DNA of 64,000 nt from Sphingobacteriales bacterium (GTDB lineage Bacteria > Bacteroidota > Bacteroidia > Chitinophagales > JADIYW01): the NCBI GenBank assembly GCA_016699615.1, contig CP064984.1, positions 1,806,185-1,870,184 on the forward strand. The letters run 5' to 3'. How positions within the stretch are numbered: the stretch's first letter is position 1; each line of letters begins with the position of its first letter. The position numbers and the translations under genes were made by a program. Of the stretch, positions 30,134 to 40,842 are shown piece after piece. Under the pieces are notes generated by a model. It ran no database searches. It was not told the DNA's origin and saw nothing but the letters and a program-made list of their open reading frames with translations.

Positions 30134-31252
30134 TTATGCATTTCTAAGTAGTTGGTTCATCTTTAGAGAAGCAGATGTAAGCAAAACTTTTGCATTTACA
30201 TTTCGTTCAACTTCGTAATATTTTTGATCAAGCAATTTTATTACTTCATGTATTTGATTGTAATGATGAAAATATTTTCTCAAAGCTTTAGCAATTTTCA
30301 ATTCTTCATCATTTAGCTTAGGTACATAGTTTGCTTGGTATTGTTGTAGCATGGTTTCTCTAAAAACATGCTCTGTGTATTCCAAAAATGCTTTGATTTT
30401 TTCTCTACCCATTTTGGCTTGTTCGTCTACCCATTTTAGTATCGCATTCACATCAAAACTTGTGGTGCATTTCATCCAACTGATGAGTGTGTAAGTAATA
30501 TCATCAATTTCTTTTTCTGAAATTTGATAAGCATGCATCAGATTTCCATTTGCTAAAAATGCAACTTGCTGTGCTTTGCTTTTAGTTATTCCTTTTTTTA
30601 TTAATGCAACTTCAATTTCATCATCAGACAACATATTCACTTTAAGAATTTGACATCTAGAAATGATGGTTGGTAATATTGCATCTTGATTTTCTGAAAT
30701 TAAAATTAGTATGGTATTTTCTGGTGGCTCTTCTAATAATTTTAATAAGATATTTCCTTCTTTGCCTAATGCTTCTGCCAGCCAAATAATATGTATTTTA
30801 TATTCAGATTCATAAGATTTTAAACTCAGATTTCTAATAATATTTCTTGCCTCATCAGCAGAAATATTTCCTTGTTTATTTTCTGCATCAATTAGTTGTA
30901 GCCAAGTTTCTACATCAATATAAGAATTGTCTAAAATTGCTTTGCGCCATTCTACAATATAGTCTGTACTCAAAGATGGTTTGCCAGATTTTTTAGGAAT
31001 AATTGGATAGGTATAATGTATATCTGGATGAATTAGTTTTTGTGATTTTACACATTCACTACAAGTGCCACAGCTATCTAGTGCTTGCTTGTTGGTGCAA
31101 ACTAAGTATTGTGCAAATGCTAATGCTAATGGCAATGCACCTGCACCAGCATTACTTAAAAATAATTGTGCATGTGGAATATTGCCTTGCTGCACAATTT
31201 CTAATAAATGACTTTTTAGTTCTTCTTGTCCAATTACATCACTAAATTTCAT
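30134..31252 (-). CDS. holB: DNA polymerase III subunit delta-prime
   Basis: The N-terminus is FSDVIGQE...IPHAQLF. A degenerate P-loop and a Cys cluster (CGTCSECVK) are present. Size is 372 aa. Confidence 0.75.
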   Translation of the reverse strand: MKFSDVIGQEELKSHLLEIVQQGNIPHAQLFLSNAGAGALPLALAFAQYLVCTNKQALDSCGTCSECVKSQKLIHPDIHYTYPIIPKKSGKPSLSTDYIVEWRKAILDNSYIDVETWLQLIDAENKQGNISADEARNIIRNLSLKSYESEYKIHIIWLAEALGKEGNILLKLLEEPPENTILILISENQDAILPTIISRCQILKVNMLSDDEIEVALIKKGITKSKAQQVAFLANGNLMHAYQISEKEIDDITYTLISWMKCTTSFDVNAILKWVDEQAKMGREKIKAFLEYTEHVFRETMLQQYQANYVPKLNDEELKIAKALRKYFHHYNQIHEVIKLLDQKYYEVERNVNAKVLLTSASLKMNQLLRNA

Positions 31253-31331
31253 ATAGCTAATGTATGAAAATACTTTAGTTTAGTTTGATAAAAATATAAA
31301 CACACAGTTTTGTGGTTGATGAAATGAGATC

Positions 31332-32168
31332 TTATTTAGTTTTAGTTAGTGTAATTTCTCTTTTTACACTATTGTATAATGATTCTACTACATTGTTATT
31401 TTTATCTAATAATGTTAATTCTATAGTGTTTTTGCCTAATGGCAAACCTTCCATAAAATAACCACTCCATTTTGTTAATATAAATGTTGTGCCATTGATA
31501 ACTGCTTTTACTTTGTAACCATCTTTAGATAAATCACAATTCATTAAATAAAAATCTAATAAAACAGCATCTGTTTCTGCATCTTTATATTCGCCTTTTG
31601 GTCTACTGTAAAACAACATAGGTTTTGATAAATCTTTGTTGGCATATCTAACAGCATATCTACTTTTTCCAGTAATAATATTATCAATAAAAAATGCTTT
31701 GCTATGTTTAATACTTTCATGGTATGAACGAGAAATAAAACACAATACTGTATGCATGCCATCTTTTTTTGCATCTACCACAAAATCGTTGGTGTATTGT
31801 GCAGAATATGGCTCGTTATTTATAATACAATGTATATGCTGACCTTGTGCAGAGTTTGCACAGTTTTTTGTGTTTGCCAAATCTGTTTGTTTGCCTAAAG
31901 TATAATTTTGTGTATTAACTTTTAATCTAATTTTGTTGTTGTCTAATTCTTCAGTTGTTGATGCAACTTCAAGCAACTCTAAGCTTGCATTGTCAAAGTT
32001 TTCTACTGAAACTAACTCAGTTAATGTGATGCCATTTTTTTGCATTTGTATGAGTGTTGATGTGTTGTTTTCTTGAGTTTTTACGATGCCTTTTTTAGTT
32101 TTTTTATTACACATGGCTAGTCCAAGAAATAAGACGCTTATTACTAGGATGATGCTTAATTTTCTCAT
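31332..32168 (-). CDS. Hypothetical lipoprotein
   Basis: The signal peptide has a lipobox-like LGLAMC. No recognisable motifs were found. It overlaps the upstream gene by 4 nt. Confidence 0.5.
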   Translation of the reverse strand: MRKLSIILVISVLFLGLAMCNKKTKKGIVKTQENNTSTLIQMQKNGITLTELVSVENFDNASLELLEVASTTEELDNNKIRLKVNTQNYTLGKQTDLANTKNCANSAQGQHIHCIINNEPYSAQYTNDFVVDAKKDGMHTVLCFISRSYHESIKHSKAFFIDNIITGKSRYAVRYANKDLSKPMLFYSRPKGEYKDAETDAVLLDFYLMNCDLSKDGYKVKAVINGTTFILTKWSGYFMEGLPLGKNTIELTLLDKNNNVVESLYNSVKREITLTKTK

Positions 32169-33562
32169 GATATATGTATTGATTTTAAAAAATAAATTGC
32201 GTGTATATTATTGAAATTTCTAAATTTATGTTGCTTCAATGTAGTATCAAATATAGTCATTTTTTTAGATATCAGATTCGCATTTATTGGGTCATTTTTA
32301 ATTGATGTTGAATTGTATTTCTGATAAGTTTGTAATATTTTTTTTGGCGTAATTTTTTTTAAATAATGCTTAATGTTTGCTGGCTTCGATTTCTTAAAAT
32401 CAACACAATGGTTTTTAAATAAGTTATTAAAAATTAAATCTTCATATTGACTAAATGTTGTGTCTTTTTGTTGTAAAAAAAAATAATTGATAAGTTGGAT
32501 ATCATACAATATCAACTGCCATTGATAGCCAAAATACTCAAAACTTCGTACAGCATTTACAATAAATTTTGATGCTCTATTGTTGAGATACCAAAATATA
32601 TAATCTTGATTTAATTCTTTTGAATAATATTTTATAGCATGCTCATCTTTAAACATACTTCCAGCATAATAATCACCAATAAAACCTGGAAAAAAAATTG
32701 ACTGATGTGGAACAATTTGTTGTTGTCTTAGATAGTGTAATGCAAAAAAATCTTGCTCATGTGGCAATGATGTAAAATGATGATTGTTCAATGCATAATC
32801 TTTCCAAACATCAGTAAAAAATAATTGTAATAAATTTTCATCATACTCAATAAATAACCATGGCACATCTAATTTTTTAGCAACTTCTTCAGCTATTTTT
32901 TTTTCTTCTGAGTTGATATTTCCATATGTGTAAGTAAATATGTTTTGTACGCCAGCATCTTTTAGCAAACAAAGTACAGCACGCGAATCATATCCACCAG
33001 AAAGTGGCACTACAAAAGTATAATCATAAAATTGTTGCTTAATTTTTTCTACTTTTTTTAATAGTAAATCATAGAAGTTTATGGATTTATTTTCAGAATA
33101 TTTATTTTTTATAATAGATAAATAGCTATCAATTTTGTACGTGTTTTCTTTTTTATTGTAATAAAAATATTCGCCAATTTGTAATCTTTTCCAATTGTCA
33201 ATCAATGTGTTTTCATTTTCTGTACAAAAATGCTGTTTAAAAAACTCAACTTGTTTTGTATTAATTGTGTCATTTTCATTTCTTAGAATATTGTTTGTTA
33301 TATTGATTTCGTGCGTATTTATTTTATAAAATAATGGGAATGCACTTATGGCATCTACACAAGCAAACAAAAAATCTTCATGATGTATAATTAAAGAAAA
33401 GCTTTGCTCGATAGAAGTTACATCATCTAAAATTTGTTCTAAACTATCAAATGCACAATGTTCAATATCCAAATGATTGTTACTGATATAATAACAACAA
33501 TTATTCTGTTTCCAAGAATAGAAATGCTTATCAATATTTTTTATTGCAAGCTTAATTTCCAT
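32165..33562 (-). CDS. Asparagine synthetase-like PP-loop ATP pyrophosphatase family protein
   Basis: The PP-loop motif VPLSGGYDSRAV is present. It sits in a surface-polysaccharide context next to a flippase. Confidence 0.55.
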   Translation of the reverse strand: MEIKLAIKNIDKHFYSWKQNNCCYYISNNHLDIEHCAFDSLEQILDDVTSIEQSFSLIIHHEDFLFACVDAISAFPLFYKINTHEINITNNILRNENDTINTKQVEFFKQHFCTENENTLIDNWKRLQIGEYFYYNKKENTYKIDSYLSIIKNKYSENKSINFYDLLLKKVEKIKQQFYDYTFVVPLSGGYDSRAVLCLLKDAGVQNIFTYTYGNINSEEKKIAEEVAKKLDVPWLFIEYDENLLQLFFTDVWKDYALNNHHFTSLPHEQDFFALHYLRQQQIVPHQSIFFPGFIGDYYAGSMFKDEHAIKYYSKELNQDYIFWYLNNRASKFIVNAVRSFEYFGYQWQLILYDIQLINYFFLQQKDTTFSQYEDLIFNNLFKNHCVDFKKSKPANIKHYLKKITPKKILQTYQKYNSTSIKNDPINANLISKKMTIFDTTLKQHKFRNFNNIHAIYFLKSIHIS

Positions 33563-34769
33563 TTGGCTTAGTTATTTTTAAGATATAAAAAAACAATGCC
33601 AAATTCATGACAATGCCAACCAATACTAAATACAAAATTGCTGTCCAAAAATCATTATAATAATAGCCAGCAAACAATGCAAATGCTCTGAAAACAAACA
33701 AAATAATATTCCAAATTAGCTCTTTGTGTAGCAAATGTTTTATATCTAATACCATAGAAATTGGAGAAATTACAGCACTAGCAAAATACCAAAATACCAA
33801 ATATTGCGATAGCTTTCCTGCTTCTATCCATTGGCTATCAAAAAGATAATAAAATATAGATTCTCCAAAAAATGCGACAATCAAAACAGGAATGCAACCT
33901 AAAATAATTCCAATCCAAAACGTTTGCCACACTTTTATTCTAAGTTTTTCATTTGTAATGTTGTTGGCTTCTTGCAGAAAAAACTGTGTCATTGCAGTTT
34001 GGTACAATGATGCTGGAGCCAGTAATAATCTAACACTCATGGTATAATAACCACAAAATATTTTGCCAAATAATAATTCAATGAGTGGTATAATTCCGTT
34101 TCTAGAAATAGTATTTACCATAGATGATAATACACCAAATGTAGGAAACTGAATGTAAGTTTGCAATAATTGCTTGAAATTAGATATGTCAATTTTTACA
34201 AAAAATAAATGACGCAATTTGTAAAACAAATACATTGTAGCTATTGCTTGCCCAATTGCAAATGCATAAATTAATCCAAAATTATTTTGCCAAACTTTTA
34301 TGAAAACGATAGAAAAAAATAATGTTGCAACAACCATTAATATTCTTGAAGTACTAATGTAATTTACTTTTTTTATAATATTCAAATATGCAATCATTGG
34401 CTGGTTGAGTGCATACAAAACAAGTATTACAGGAAATGTAAGCCAATAATTTTCTTTATAGATGAATAAAAATGGAATAGAGACAATGATAGAAATTGCA
34501 CTACCAATAATACAAGATAGATATAAAATTTGAGTTTGTTTTTCTTGATTATTTTCTACTTGCAAAGCAACATCTAATTTTAAATTAATTATTTCTATTA
34601 AAATAAATACAAAAGATGTGAATACACCAAAAGTAGCAAATGCTTGTGGCGAATATAGTTTAGGTAAAATCAGAAAGCCAATAGTATTAATACATTGAGC
34701 TAGAAACAGACCAAAGAATAACTTATAGAAATTAGTATGATAAAATATTTCTTTAAACCTTAAAAACAC
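33552..34769 (-). CDS. Wzx-like oligosaccharide/polysaccharide flippase
   Basis: It is a 405-aa polytopic membrane protein with roughly 12 hydrophobic segments. The gene context supports the call. Confidence 0.5.
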   Translation of the reverse strand: MFLRFKEIFYHTNFYKLFFGLFLAQCINTIGFLILPKLYSPQAFATFGVFTSFVFILIEIINLKLDVALQVENNQEKQTQILYLSCIIGSAISIIVSIPFLFIYKENYWLTFPVILVLYALNQPMIAYLNIIKKVNYISTSRILMVVATLFFSIVFIKVWQNNFGLIYAFAIGQAIATMYLFYKLRHLFFVKIDISNFKQLLQTYIQFPTFGVLSSMVNTISRNGIIPLIELLFGKIFCGYYTMSVRLLLAPASLYQTAMTQFFLQEANNITNEKLRIKVWQTFWIGIILGCIPVLIVAFFGESIFYYLFDSQWIEAGKLSQYLVFWYFASAVISPISMVLDIKHLLHKELIWNIILFVFRAFALFAGYYYNDFWTAILYLVLVGIVMNLALFFYILKITKPNGN

Positions 34770-34838
34770 TTCATTAAAAATACTGTTTTATTCCAAATCA
34801 ATGAAAAATATATTACCTTTATCAAACAACCATTCATT

Positions 34839-35417
34839 ATGTTCATTTGGATTTTCAAACTCATATTCAAGCTTAAAGGCTGGAAACTACAAACAGAAAT
34901 GATAAAAGATTACAAACAATCTATTACTATTGCTGCGCCACACACAAGCAACTGGGATTTAATAATTTCTCTAGCAGCTTTTGATTTAATGCAACTCAAA
35001 GTAAAATTCACACTAAAAAAAGAATGGTTCAGATTTCCATTTAAAAGAATAATGCGCAACTTTGGAGGCATTGCTATCGATAGGACACCAAAAGTAGCTG
35101 GCGAACAACGATTGAGTACCGTGGAAGCAATGGCAAATTTATTTAAAGAGAATGAAGAATTGCATATCATGGTTACGCCAGAAGGTACACGAAGCCTAAG
35201 AACAGAATGGAAAACTGGATTCTACCATACTGCAAAATTAGCAGGCGTACCAATTTTGTGTGGTTATCTAGATTATGAAAAGAAAATTGCAGGAATCGGA
35301 AAAATTATTTTCCCATCAGATAATATGGAAGCAGATTTAAGAGCAATTATGGCTTTTTACAAAGATATCAAAGGCAAATATCCAGAAAAATTTAGCACAG
35401 ACCTTAGATATTCATAA
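34839..35417 (+). CDS. PlsC-family lysophospholipid acyltransferase
   Basis: An HxxxxD-type motif (APHTSNWD) and a TPEGTR block are present. Confidence 0.65.
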   Translation: MFIWIFKLIFKLKGWKLQTEMIKDYKQSITIAAPHTSNWDLIISLAAFDLMQLKVKFTLKKEWFRFPFKRIMRNFGGIAIDRTPKVAGEQRLSTVEAMANLFKENEELHIMVTPEGTRSLRTEWKTGFYHTAKLAGVPILCGYLDYEKKIAGIGKIIFPSDNMEADLRAIMAFYKDIKGKYPEKFSTDLRYS

Positions 35418-35493
35418 TGCAAACCAAGTTTTTTAGTAGTTACTTTTGGGTATAAAATTATCCTTTTTGAAATGTATTTTTGCACGCAAATAA

Positions 35494-36087
35494 TTGAAAA
35501 TGTTAAAAATAATTTCAAGAATTATATTAATTGCAAAAGGCTGGACATACAATGTAGATTTGGCAAAACCAATAGATAAATGCGTACTCATTGTTGCGCC
35601 ACACACATCAGCATGGGATTTTGTACTTGGAAGAGCAATATTCACAATGGGTAAAATTCCTGCAAGATTCGCCATCAAAAAAGAAGCATTCTTTTTTCCA
35701 TTAAATTGGCTGTTAAGATATCTTGGTGGATTGCCAATCGATAGAACACCAAAATCAGCAAATACAAATCAAAGATTAAGTTTGGTAGATGCATTAGCAA
35801 ATCTTATCCAAAGAAATAAAAGAATATGTATGGTAATTACACCAGAAGCATCAAGAGGCAAACGCCATCAGTGGAAAACAGGCTTCTACTATGTTGCATT
35901 GCAAACAAAAGTACCTATTGCATTAGCACACTTAGATTATGACACCAAAGAAGGTGTTATCGGAAAAATATTCTATCCAACAGGAAATATAGATGAAGAT
36001 ATGCGTGTTATCATGGACTATTATAAAGATAAAATACATACAGGCAAATATCCAAATAGATGTGTGTTAGACGAAAGATGGTCGTAG
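35494..36087 (+). CDS. PlsC-family lysophospholipid acyltransferase (tandem paralog)
   Basis: It has APHTSAWD and TPEASRG motifs. It is colinear with the preceding ORF (..WKTGFY..LDY..). Confidence 0.65.
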   Translation: MKMLKIISRIILIAKGWTYNVDLAKPIDKCVLIVAPHTSAWDFVLGRAIFTMGKIPARFAIKKEAFFFPLNWLLRYLGGLPIDRTPKSANTNQRLSLVDALANLIQRNKRICMVITPEASRGKRHQWKTGFYYVALQTKVPIALAHLDYDTKEGVIGKIFYPTGNIDEDMRVIMDYYKDKIHTGKYPNRCVLDERWS

Positions 36088-36128
36088 CATATTTTTTTGT
36101 ATATTGAGTTGAAAATGCACATACACAA

Positions 36129-37037
36129 ATGATTCTTTTTGCTACAAGAAAATACGAATATCTCAAAGATGAAATTATTAAAATTGATTCTAGATTTGAA
36201 TTAGGTGAAGTAAAGACAAACACTTTTCCAGATGGCGAAATTTATCATCAAATATGTACCACAGTAGCACAACAACATGTTGTTATTATTGGTGGAACAA
36301 CAGACGATTCCTCTACATTAGAATTGTATGATATTGCAATTGCTTGCGAACAATTAGGTGCCAATAAATTAAGCATTGTAATTCCATATTTTGGATATGC
36401 AACAATGGAAAGAGCTGTAAAATCTGGCGAAATAGTAAAAGCAAAAACACGTGCATTATTATTTTCTTCCATTCCACAAACACCATTTGGTAATGATATT
36501 TTTCTATTCGATTTACACACCGAAGGTTTGCCATACTATTTTGAAAAAAATTGTAGAACGGTGCATGTATATTGCAAAAATATTATAAAAGAAGCTGCAG
36601 CAGAAATCGGAAATCAAAATTTTGTATTAGCATCTACAGATGCTGGTAGAGCAAAATGGGTTGAATCATTAGCAAATGATATGAATGTAAATGCGACTTT
36701 GTGTTTTAAAAGAAGAATATCTGGTAATGAAACACAAATCACATCTATTTCTGCTGATGTAAAAGATAAGCTAGTCATTATTTACGATGATATGATACGC
36801 ACTGGTGGTAGTTTGATACAAGCAGCAAAAGCCTATAAAGAAGCAGGCGCTAGCAATATTGCTGTAATTACCACACATGGACTTTTTATTCAAGATGCAT
36901 TGCAGAAATTAAAAAACGCAGGAATAATACAATGTGTGTATACAACAAACTCGCATCCAAATAGTATTGCAATACAAGATGATTTTTTAGTAGTAAAAAG
37001 TATAGCTAAATTAATTACAGAACAATTTAGTTTGTAA
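36129..37037 (+). CDS. Ribose-phosphate pyrophosphokinase family protein
   Basis: A PRPP-binding loop (VIIYDDMIRTGGSL) and FPDGEI and IPYFGYA motifs are present. Confidence 0.7.
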   Translation: MILFATRKYEYLKDEIIKIDSRFELGEVKTNTFPDGEIYHQICTTVAQQHVVIIGGTTDDSSTLELYDIAIACEQLGANKLSIVIPYFGYATMERAVKSGEIVKAKTRALLFSSIPQTPFGNDIFLFDLHTEGLPYYFEKNCRTVHVYCKNIIKEAAAEIGNQNFVLASTDAGRAKWVESLANDMNVNATLCFKRRISGNETQITSISADVKDKLVIIYDDMIRTGGSLIQAAKAYKEAGASNIAVITTHGLFIQDALQKLKNAGIIQCVYTTNSHPNSIAIQDDFLVVKSIAKLITEQFSL

Positions 37038-37156
37038 TTACACTTCGTTTTCAGATACATAATATCTAAATAAGAAATAAATAGCCAAGGCACACAATAT
37101 ATGCCAAACAGCATGCAACTGAAATAATGAATGTGGATTGCAAAAGCAACTTCCAT

Positions 37157-37831
37157 CTACGCCAAAATTCCAAATAATAAAAGCAACAACAAATGAAAGC
37201 ACACAATAAAATATGTATTTTCTTTTAATGTCGATATTGTATTTTTAATATTTAATACTTCAATCACTACACCTATAAAACACATAAAACCAAAAGCTAA
37301 ATTTCCAAGAAAGAAATTAATATCTATGAATTGATGAGCATATGGCGATAGATTGCCCAATATTAAACAACTTAAATAAATTAATACAAAATATTTATGG
37401 CTTAATTTAAAATACCTTACTGATGCATAGCTTACCATAAAGCCAGCAATTAAATACATACTGTTCATGTCAAACAAGCCACCTAAATCTGTTTCTGTAG
37501 CATGCATTGCCATAGAACATGGTCCTAATAACACCATCATACAACACAGAAATTTTGGAAAGAAACTAGAAACAGAAAATGCATTGTGGCACACAATTTT
37601 TTCTTTCTGATAGGTAATTTGCCACGCAGCAAATAAGCCAAAGAAAACAAAGCCAGCATTAGACCATGAGTTTGATGGTTGAAGAATTAATGCATTACGT
37701 GCAGCTTCACAAAATCTTCCGCCATTGCCATTTGCAACACCAAACATAGAAAAATTGAGCATTATAAATAAAAGTAAAATGGCAAATACTGCAAAAATTA
37801 AAGTAAAATAAAAAGTATTTAACTTAGGCAT
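37157..37831 (-). CDS. Integral membrane protein, possibly an alkaline-ceramidase-like hydrolase fold
   Basis: It has seven hydrophobic segments. The segments NSWSNAGF and HATETD loosely recall ceramidase-family motifs. The function is weakly supported. Confidence 0.35.
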   Translation of the reverse strand: MPKLNTFYFTLIFAVFAILLLFIMLNFSMFGVANGNGGRFCEAARNALILQPSNSWSNAGFVFFGLFAAWQITYQKEKIVCHNAFSVSSFFPKFLCCMMVLLGPCSMAMHATETDLGGLFDMNSMYLIAGFMVSYASVRYFKLSHKYFVLIYLSCLILGNLSPYAHQFIDINFFLGNLAFGFMCFIGVVIEVLNIKNTISTLKENTYFIVCFHLLLLLLFGILA

Positions 37832-38623
37832 TTTGTTTATTTCGATTGTTGTCTATTATACTAAATAATACATAACATAAAATAATGGTAGGCATACTTA
37901 GCCATTTAAAAATTATTATTTGTGGAATGCATAGTATTAAAAAAATGAATCTAATATTGTTCTCCTTGTAGTTAAATGGATTTCCTTTTAAACTAAATAA
38001 TGGCAATTCAGCAACCATTAAATAAGATAAAACAACAACAGTTGCTATCAATGTATATTGGTTGATAATTAGTGTATTGACTACACCATGATTGAAAGTA
38101 TAATAGCAATACAAACCCAATACAAACATGGCAAGATTGGCGTTGGTACACCAATAAAATTTACAGTTTGCCTTGTGTCTATGTTGAATTTTGCTAAACG
38201 CAAACAGGCAAATATGGCATAAAATATAGCTACAAATGATAATGCAGGAAATATTATTTCATGGTTTCCCATTGTTTTATTATATTGAAAATGCAATGGT
38301 GCATCTGATTGTATTGCATTGAGCATGGAGAATAACATCATGCTTGGCAAAACACCAAATGTAGTCATGTCTGCCAAAGAATCTAATTGCGCACCTAAGT
38401 CTGATTTTACTTTCAATGCTCTGGCAACAAATCCATCTAAAAAATCAGCCACCAACGAAATAAAAACCATTACAGGAACTAAATAGTAATGATTGTATAA
38501 GCACAATATAATGCCAGCCACTCCACAAAATAAATTGAGTAGGGTAAGTGAGTTTGGAATATGTTGTTTTATTGACATTGTATAAAAGTATATAAAATTC
38601 TTGAAAATATAGAATGCAAACAA
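37824..38623 (-). pseudogene. pssA: CDP-alcohol phosphatidyltransferase (PssA-like), split by a 1-nt frameshift
   Basis: The motif DFLDGFVARALKVKSDLGAQLDSLADM lies in ORF 38081..38623. The C-terminal TM part continues in ORF 37824..38129. The frame change maps near 38136-38141, where CCAATC would need to be CCAAATC. The likely true start is the MSIKQHIP methionine at 38578. Confidence 0.7.
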
Positions 38624-38644
38624 AATTGTTTAGTATCTTTGCGC

Positions 38645-39214
38645 ATGCAAAAAGTAATTATACTTTCTGGACCATCAGGTGTTGGCAAAAACACACTAGG
38701 AGACAAGCTAATGCAAGAATTTCCACAATTAGCATATTCAGTCTCAGCAACTACAAGACCTATCCGTGCTGGAGAAACCGAAGGTAAAGATTATTATTTT
38801 ATTAGTACTCAAGCTTTTGAAGAACAAATAAAAAATGATGCTTTGCTAGAATGGCAAGAAGTATATGAAGACACCTATTATGGCACACTAAAATCAGAAT
38901 TAGATAGAATTAATCAACTCAATCAATTTCCACTTTTAGTTATTGATGTCTTTGGTGCTATCAATATTATGAAGAATTTAAAGTTTAAACCTTTAACGAT
39001 TTTTATTGATCCAGTAAATCTTGAAGTATTAGAAGAAAGATTGAAAAATAGAGGCACAGATTCGCCAGAAAAAATTGCAAAGAGAATGGAAAAAGCAAGC
39101 GTGGAAATTCACGAGAAAAAACATTTTGATATTGCGATTGTGAATGACGATTTGGAAATTGCTTCGCAACAACTTGCGGCTATTGTAAAACATTTTCTAT
39201 TATATATTCAATAG
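38645..39214 (+). CDS. gmk: Guanylate kinase
   Basis: The P-loop is SGPSGVGKNT and the TTRPIRAGE motif is present. The track start at 38639 is a TTG, so the ATG at 38645 is more likely. Confidence 0.85.
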   Translation: MQKVIILSGPSGVGKNTLGDKLMQEFPQLAYSVSATTRPIRAGETEGKDYYFISTQAFEEQIKNDALLEWQEVYEDTYYGTLKSELDRINQLNQFPLLVIDVFGAINIMKNLKFKPLTIFIDPVNLEVLEERLKNRGTDSPEKIAKRMEKASVEIHEKKHFDIAIVNDDLEIASQQLAAIVKHFLLYIQ

Positions 39215-39225
39215 TAGCATAAAAA

Positions 39226-40455
39226 CTACTCAAACTTCATTGCTTTTATGGGCATTATTTTGGCAATTATTCTTGTAGGTAGGTACATTACAAGATAGCA
39301 TATGACAAACGTTAGAATATTTATGAGTAATATCATCGGAAGGTCAAAGAAAACAGGAACTTCTGAAAGATAATAGTTTTCTTCATTCAGCTTAAAGACG
39401 CCTGTGTATTTTTGTAAGAGACATACTGCAAATGCAATAAAATTGCCAATAAGTATTCCAAAAAATATGATGTATGATGCTTGATATAAAAATATTGTTT
39501 TAATTTTTTGGTTTGTGGCGCCTAGTGCTTTTAGAATACCAATCATCTGTGTTCTGTCTAATATTAATATGATTAAAGCAGAAATCATGTTGAGCATTGC
39601 AACAATTGCCATGATGAGCAGCACAATGTACTCGTTCATTTTTTGTAGATTAAGCCATTCAAATATATTTGGATATATTTCTTTTATAGTTTCGGCATAT
39701 TTTGTATTGTCGATAATGGTGTAGTAAATTTCATCTTTTACTTTATCCATTTTGTTTATATCATTTAGCCTAATTTCTAGTCCAGTTATTTCATCTTTAT
39801 TCCATTGATTTATTTGCTGTAACATTGCAACATCCCAAAGCACAAATTTTTCATCATATTCATACAATCCAGTTTTATAAATGCCAGCAATCTCAACTTT
39901 TCTACCAATAGGTTGTGGCGCGCCTTTTTTTAGAAAATATAAAATAAATTTATCGCCAACTTCAAGTTTTAATTTTTTTGCTTGAACAGACGAAACCAAA
40001 ACTTGTTTGCTAAAACCAGTGTCAGTGTATTGTATTTGTTGCCCGTTTGTGATATATTTTTGAATAAAGTTCCAATCAAAATTTTTATCAACGCCTTTTA
40101 CTACAACACCTTCAATGTCATTTTTTGTTTTTATTATTCCAGCTTTTGTAATGTATGGCGACACATATTTTACAGCATCAATTTTTTTTATTTTAGGAAT
40201 ATCTATCTCGTTGATATGAATTGAGCTAGCTTCAAATGAATTGCTGTTTTCTAATTTGTGAATATGTATTTCGCCCCAGAAGCCGAATATTTTTTCTTTT
40301 ATTTCTTTTGTAAAACCACCAACTAAGCATATGGCACTTATCATTATAGCCAAGCTAAGTGCTATAGCAATAATTGCAGTTTTAATTATAAAATTGGAGA
40401 ACGATTTTTTTTCGCCAAGTACAATTCGTTTTGCTATAAAAAATTCGAGATTCAG
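39226..40455 (-). CDS. LolC/LolE-like FtsX-family ABC transporter permease; N-terminus lacks a canonical start codon
   Basis: The frame extends upstream of the track ORF as TAA-ATA-CAT-CTG-AAT-CTC-GAA.., reading (L)NLEFFIAKRIVLGEKKSFSNFIIKTAIIAIALS. This is the usual N-terminus of this family, except that CTG stands where ATG is expected. Confidence 0.65.
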   Translation of the reverse strand: MNLEFFIAKRIVLGEKKSFSNFIIKTAIIAIALSLAIMISAICLVGGFTKEIKEKIFGFWGEIHIHKLENSNSFEASSIHINEIDIPKIKKIDAVKYVSPYITKAGIIKTKNDIEGVVVKGVDKNFDWNFIQKYITNGQQIQYTDTGFSKQVLVSSVQAKKLKLEVGDKFILYFLKKGAPQPIGRKVEIAGIYKTGLYEYDEKFVLWDVAMLQQINQWNKDEITGLEIRLNDINKMDKVKDEIYYTIIDNTKYAETIKEIYPNIFEWLNLQKMNEYIVLLIMAIVAMLNMISALIILILDRTQMIGILKALGATNQKIKTIFLYQASYIIFFGILIGNFIAFAVCLLQKYTGVFKLNEENYYLSEVPVFFDLPMILLINILTFVICYLVMYLPTRIIAKIMPIKAMKFE

Positions 40456-40623
40456 ATGTATTTATACATTAATGAGTGAAAAAACGTAACACACAAATAT
40501 AGACGATTTTCTTGAAATAATTTCTGTAGTATTTTATACTTATTATTATGTTTATTGAAAAAGGAGTAGCTAGTGCTGAAACTAAGCAAAACAAAATTAA
40601 TTCTTTTTTAGTATATTTGTATT

Positions 40624-40842
40624 ATGATGTTTCAATCAAATATTGTTTCTGAAATTAGCGAATACGTTGATAAATTGCCAAAGCAAGAACAGATAAAATT
40701 ATTGTCAAGATTGAAAAAGCAAATTCAACCTAAGGTTAAAAAAGTTTCAAATAAACAAATATTAGAATTATCTAAAGAAATTAATAAGAGTATTTTTAAA
40801 AACCACACAAAAAAACGTTTGGATGCTCTTGATATCCGATAG
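40624..40842 (+). CDS. Putative antitoxin of a PIN toxin-antitoxin pair
   Basis: A 72-aa ORF overlaps the PIN gene by 20 nt. A TATATTTG -7 box lies at 40612-40619. Confidence 0.5.
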   Translation: MMFQSNIVSEISEYVDKLPKQEQIKLLSRLKKQIQPKVKKVSNKQILELSKEINKSIFKNHTKKRLDALDIR

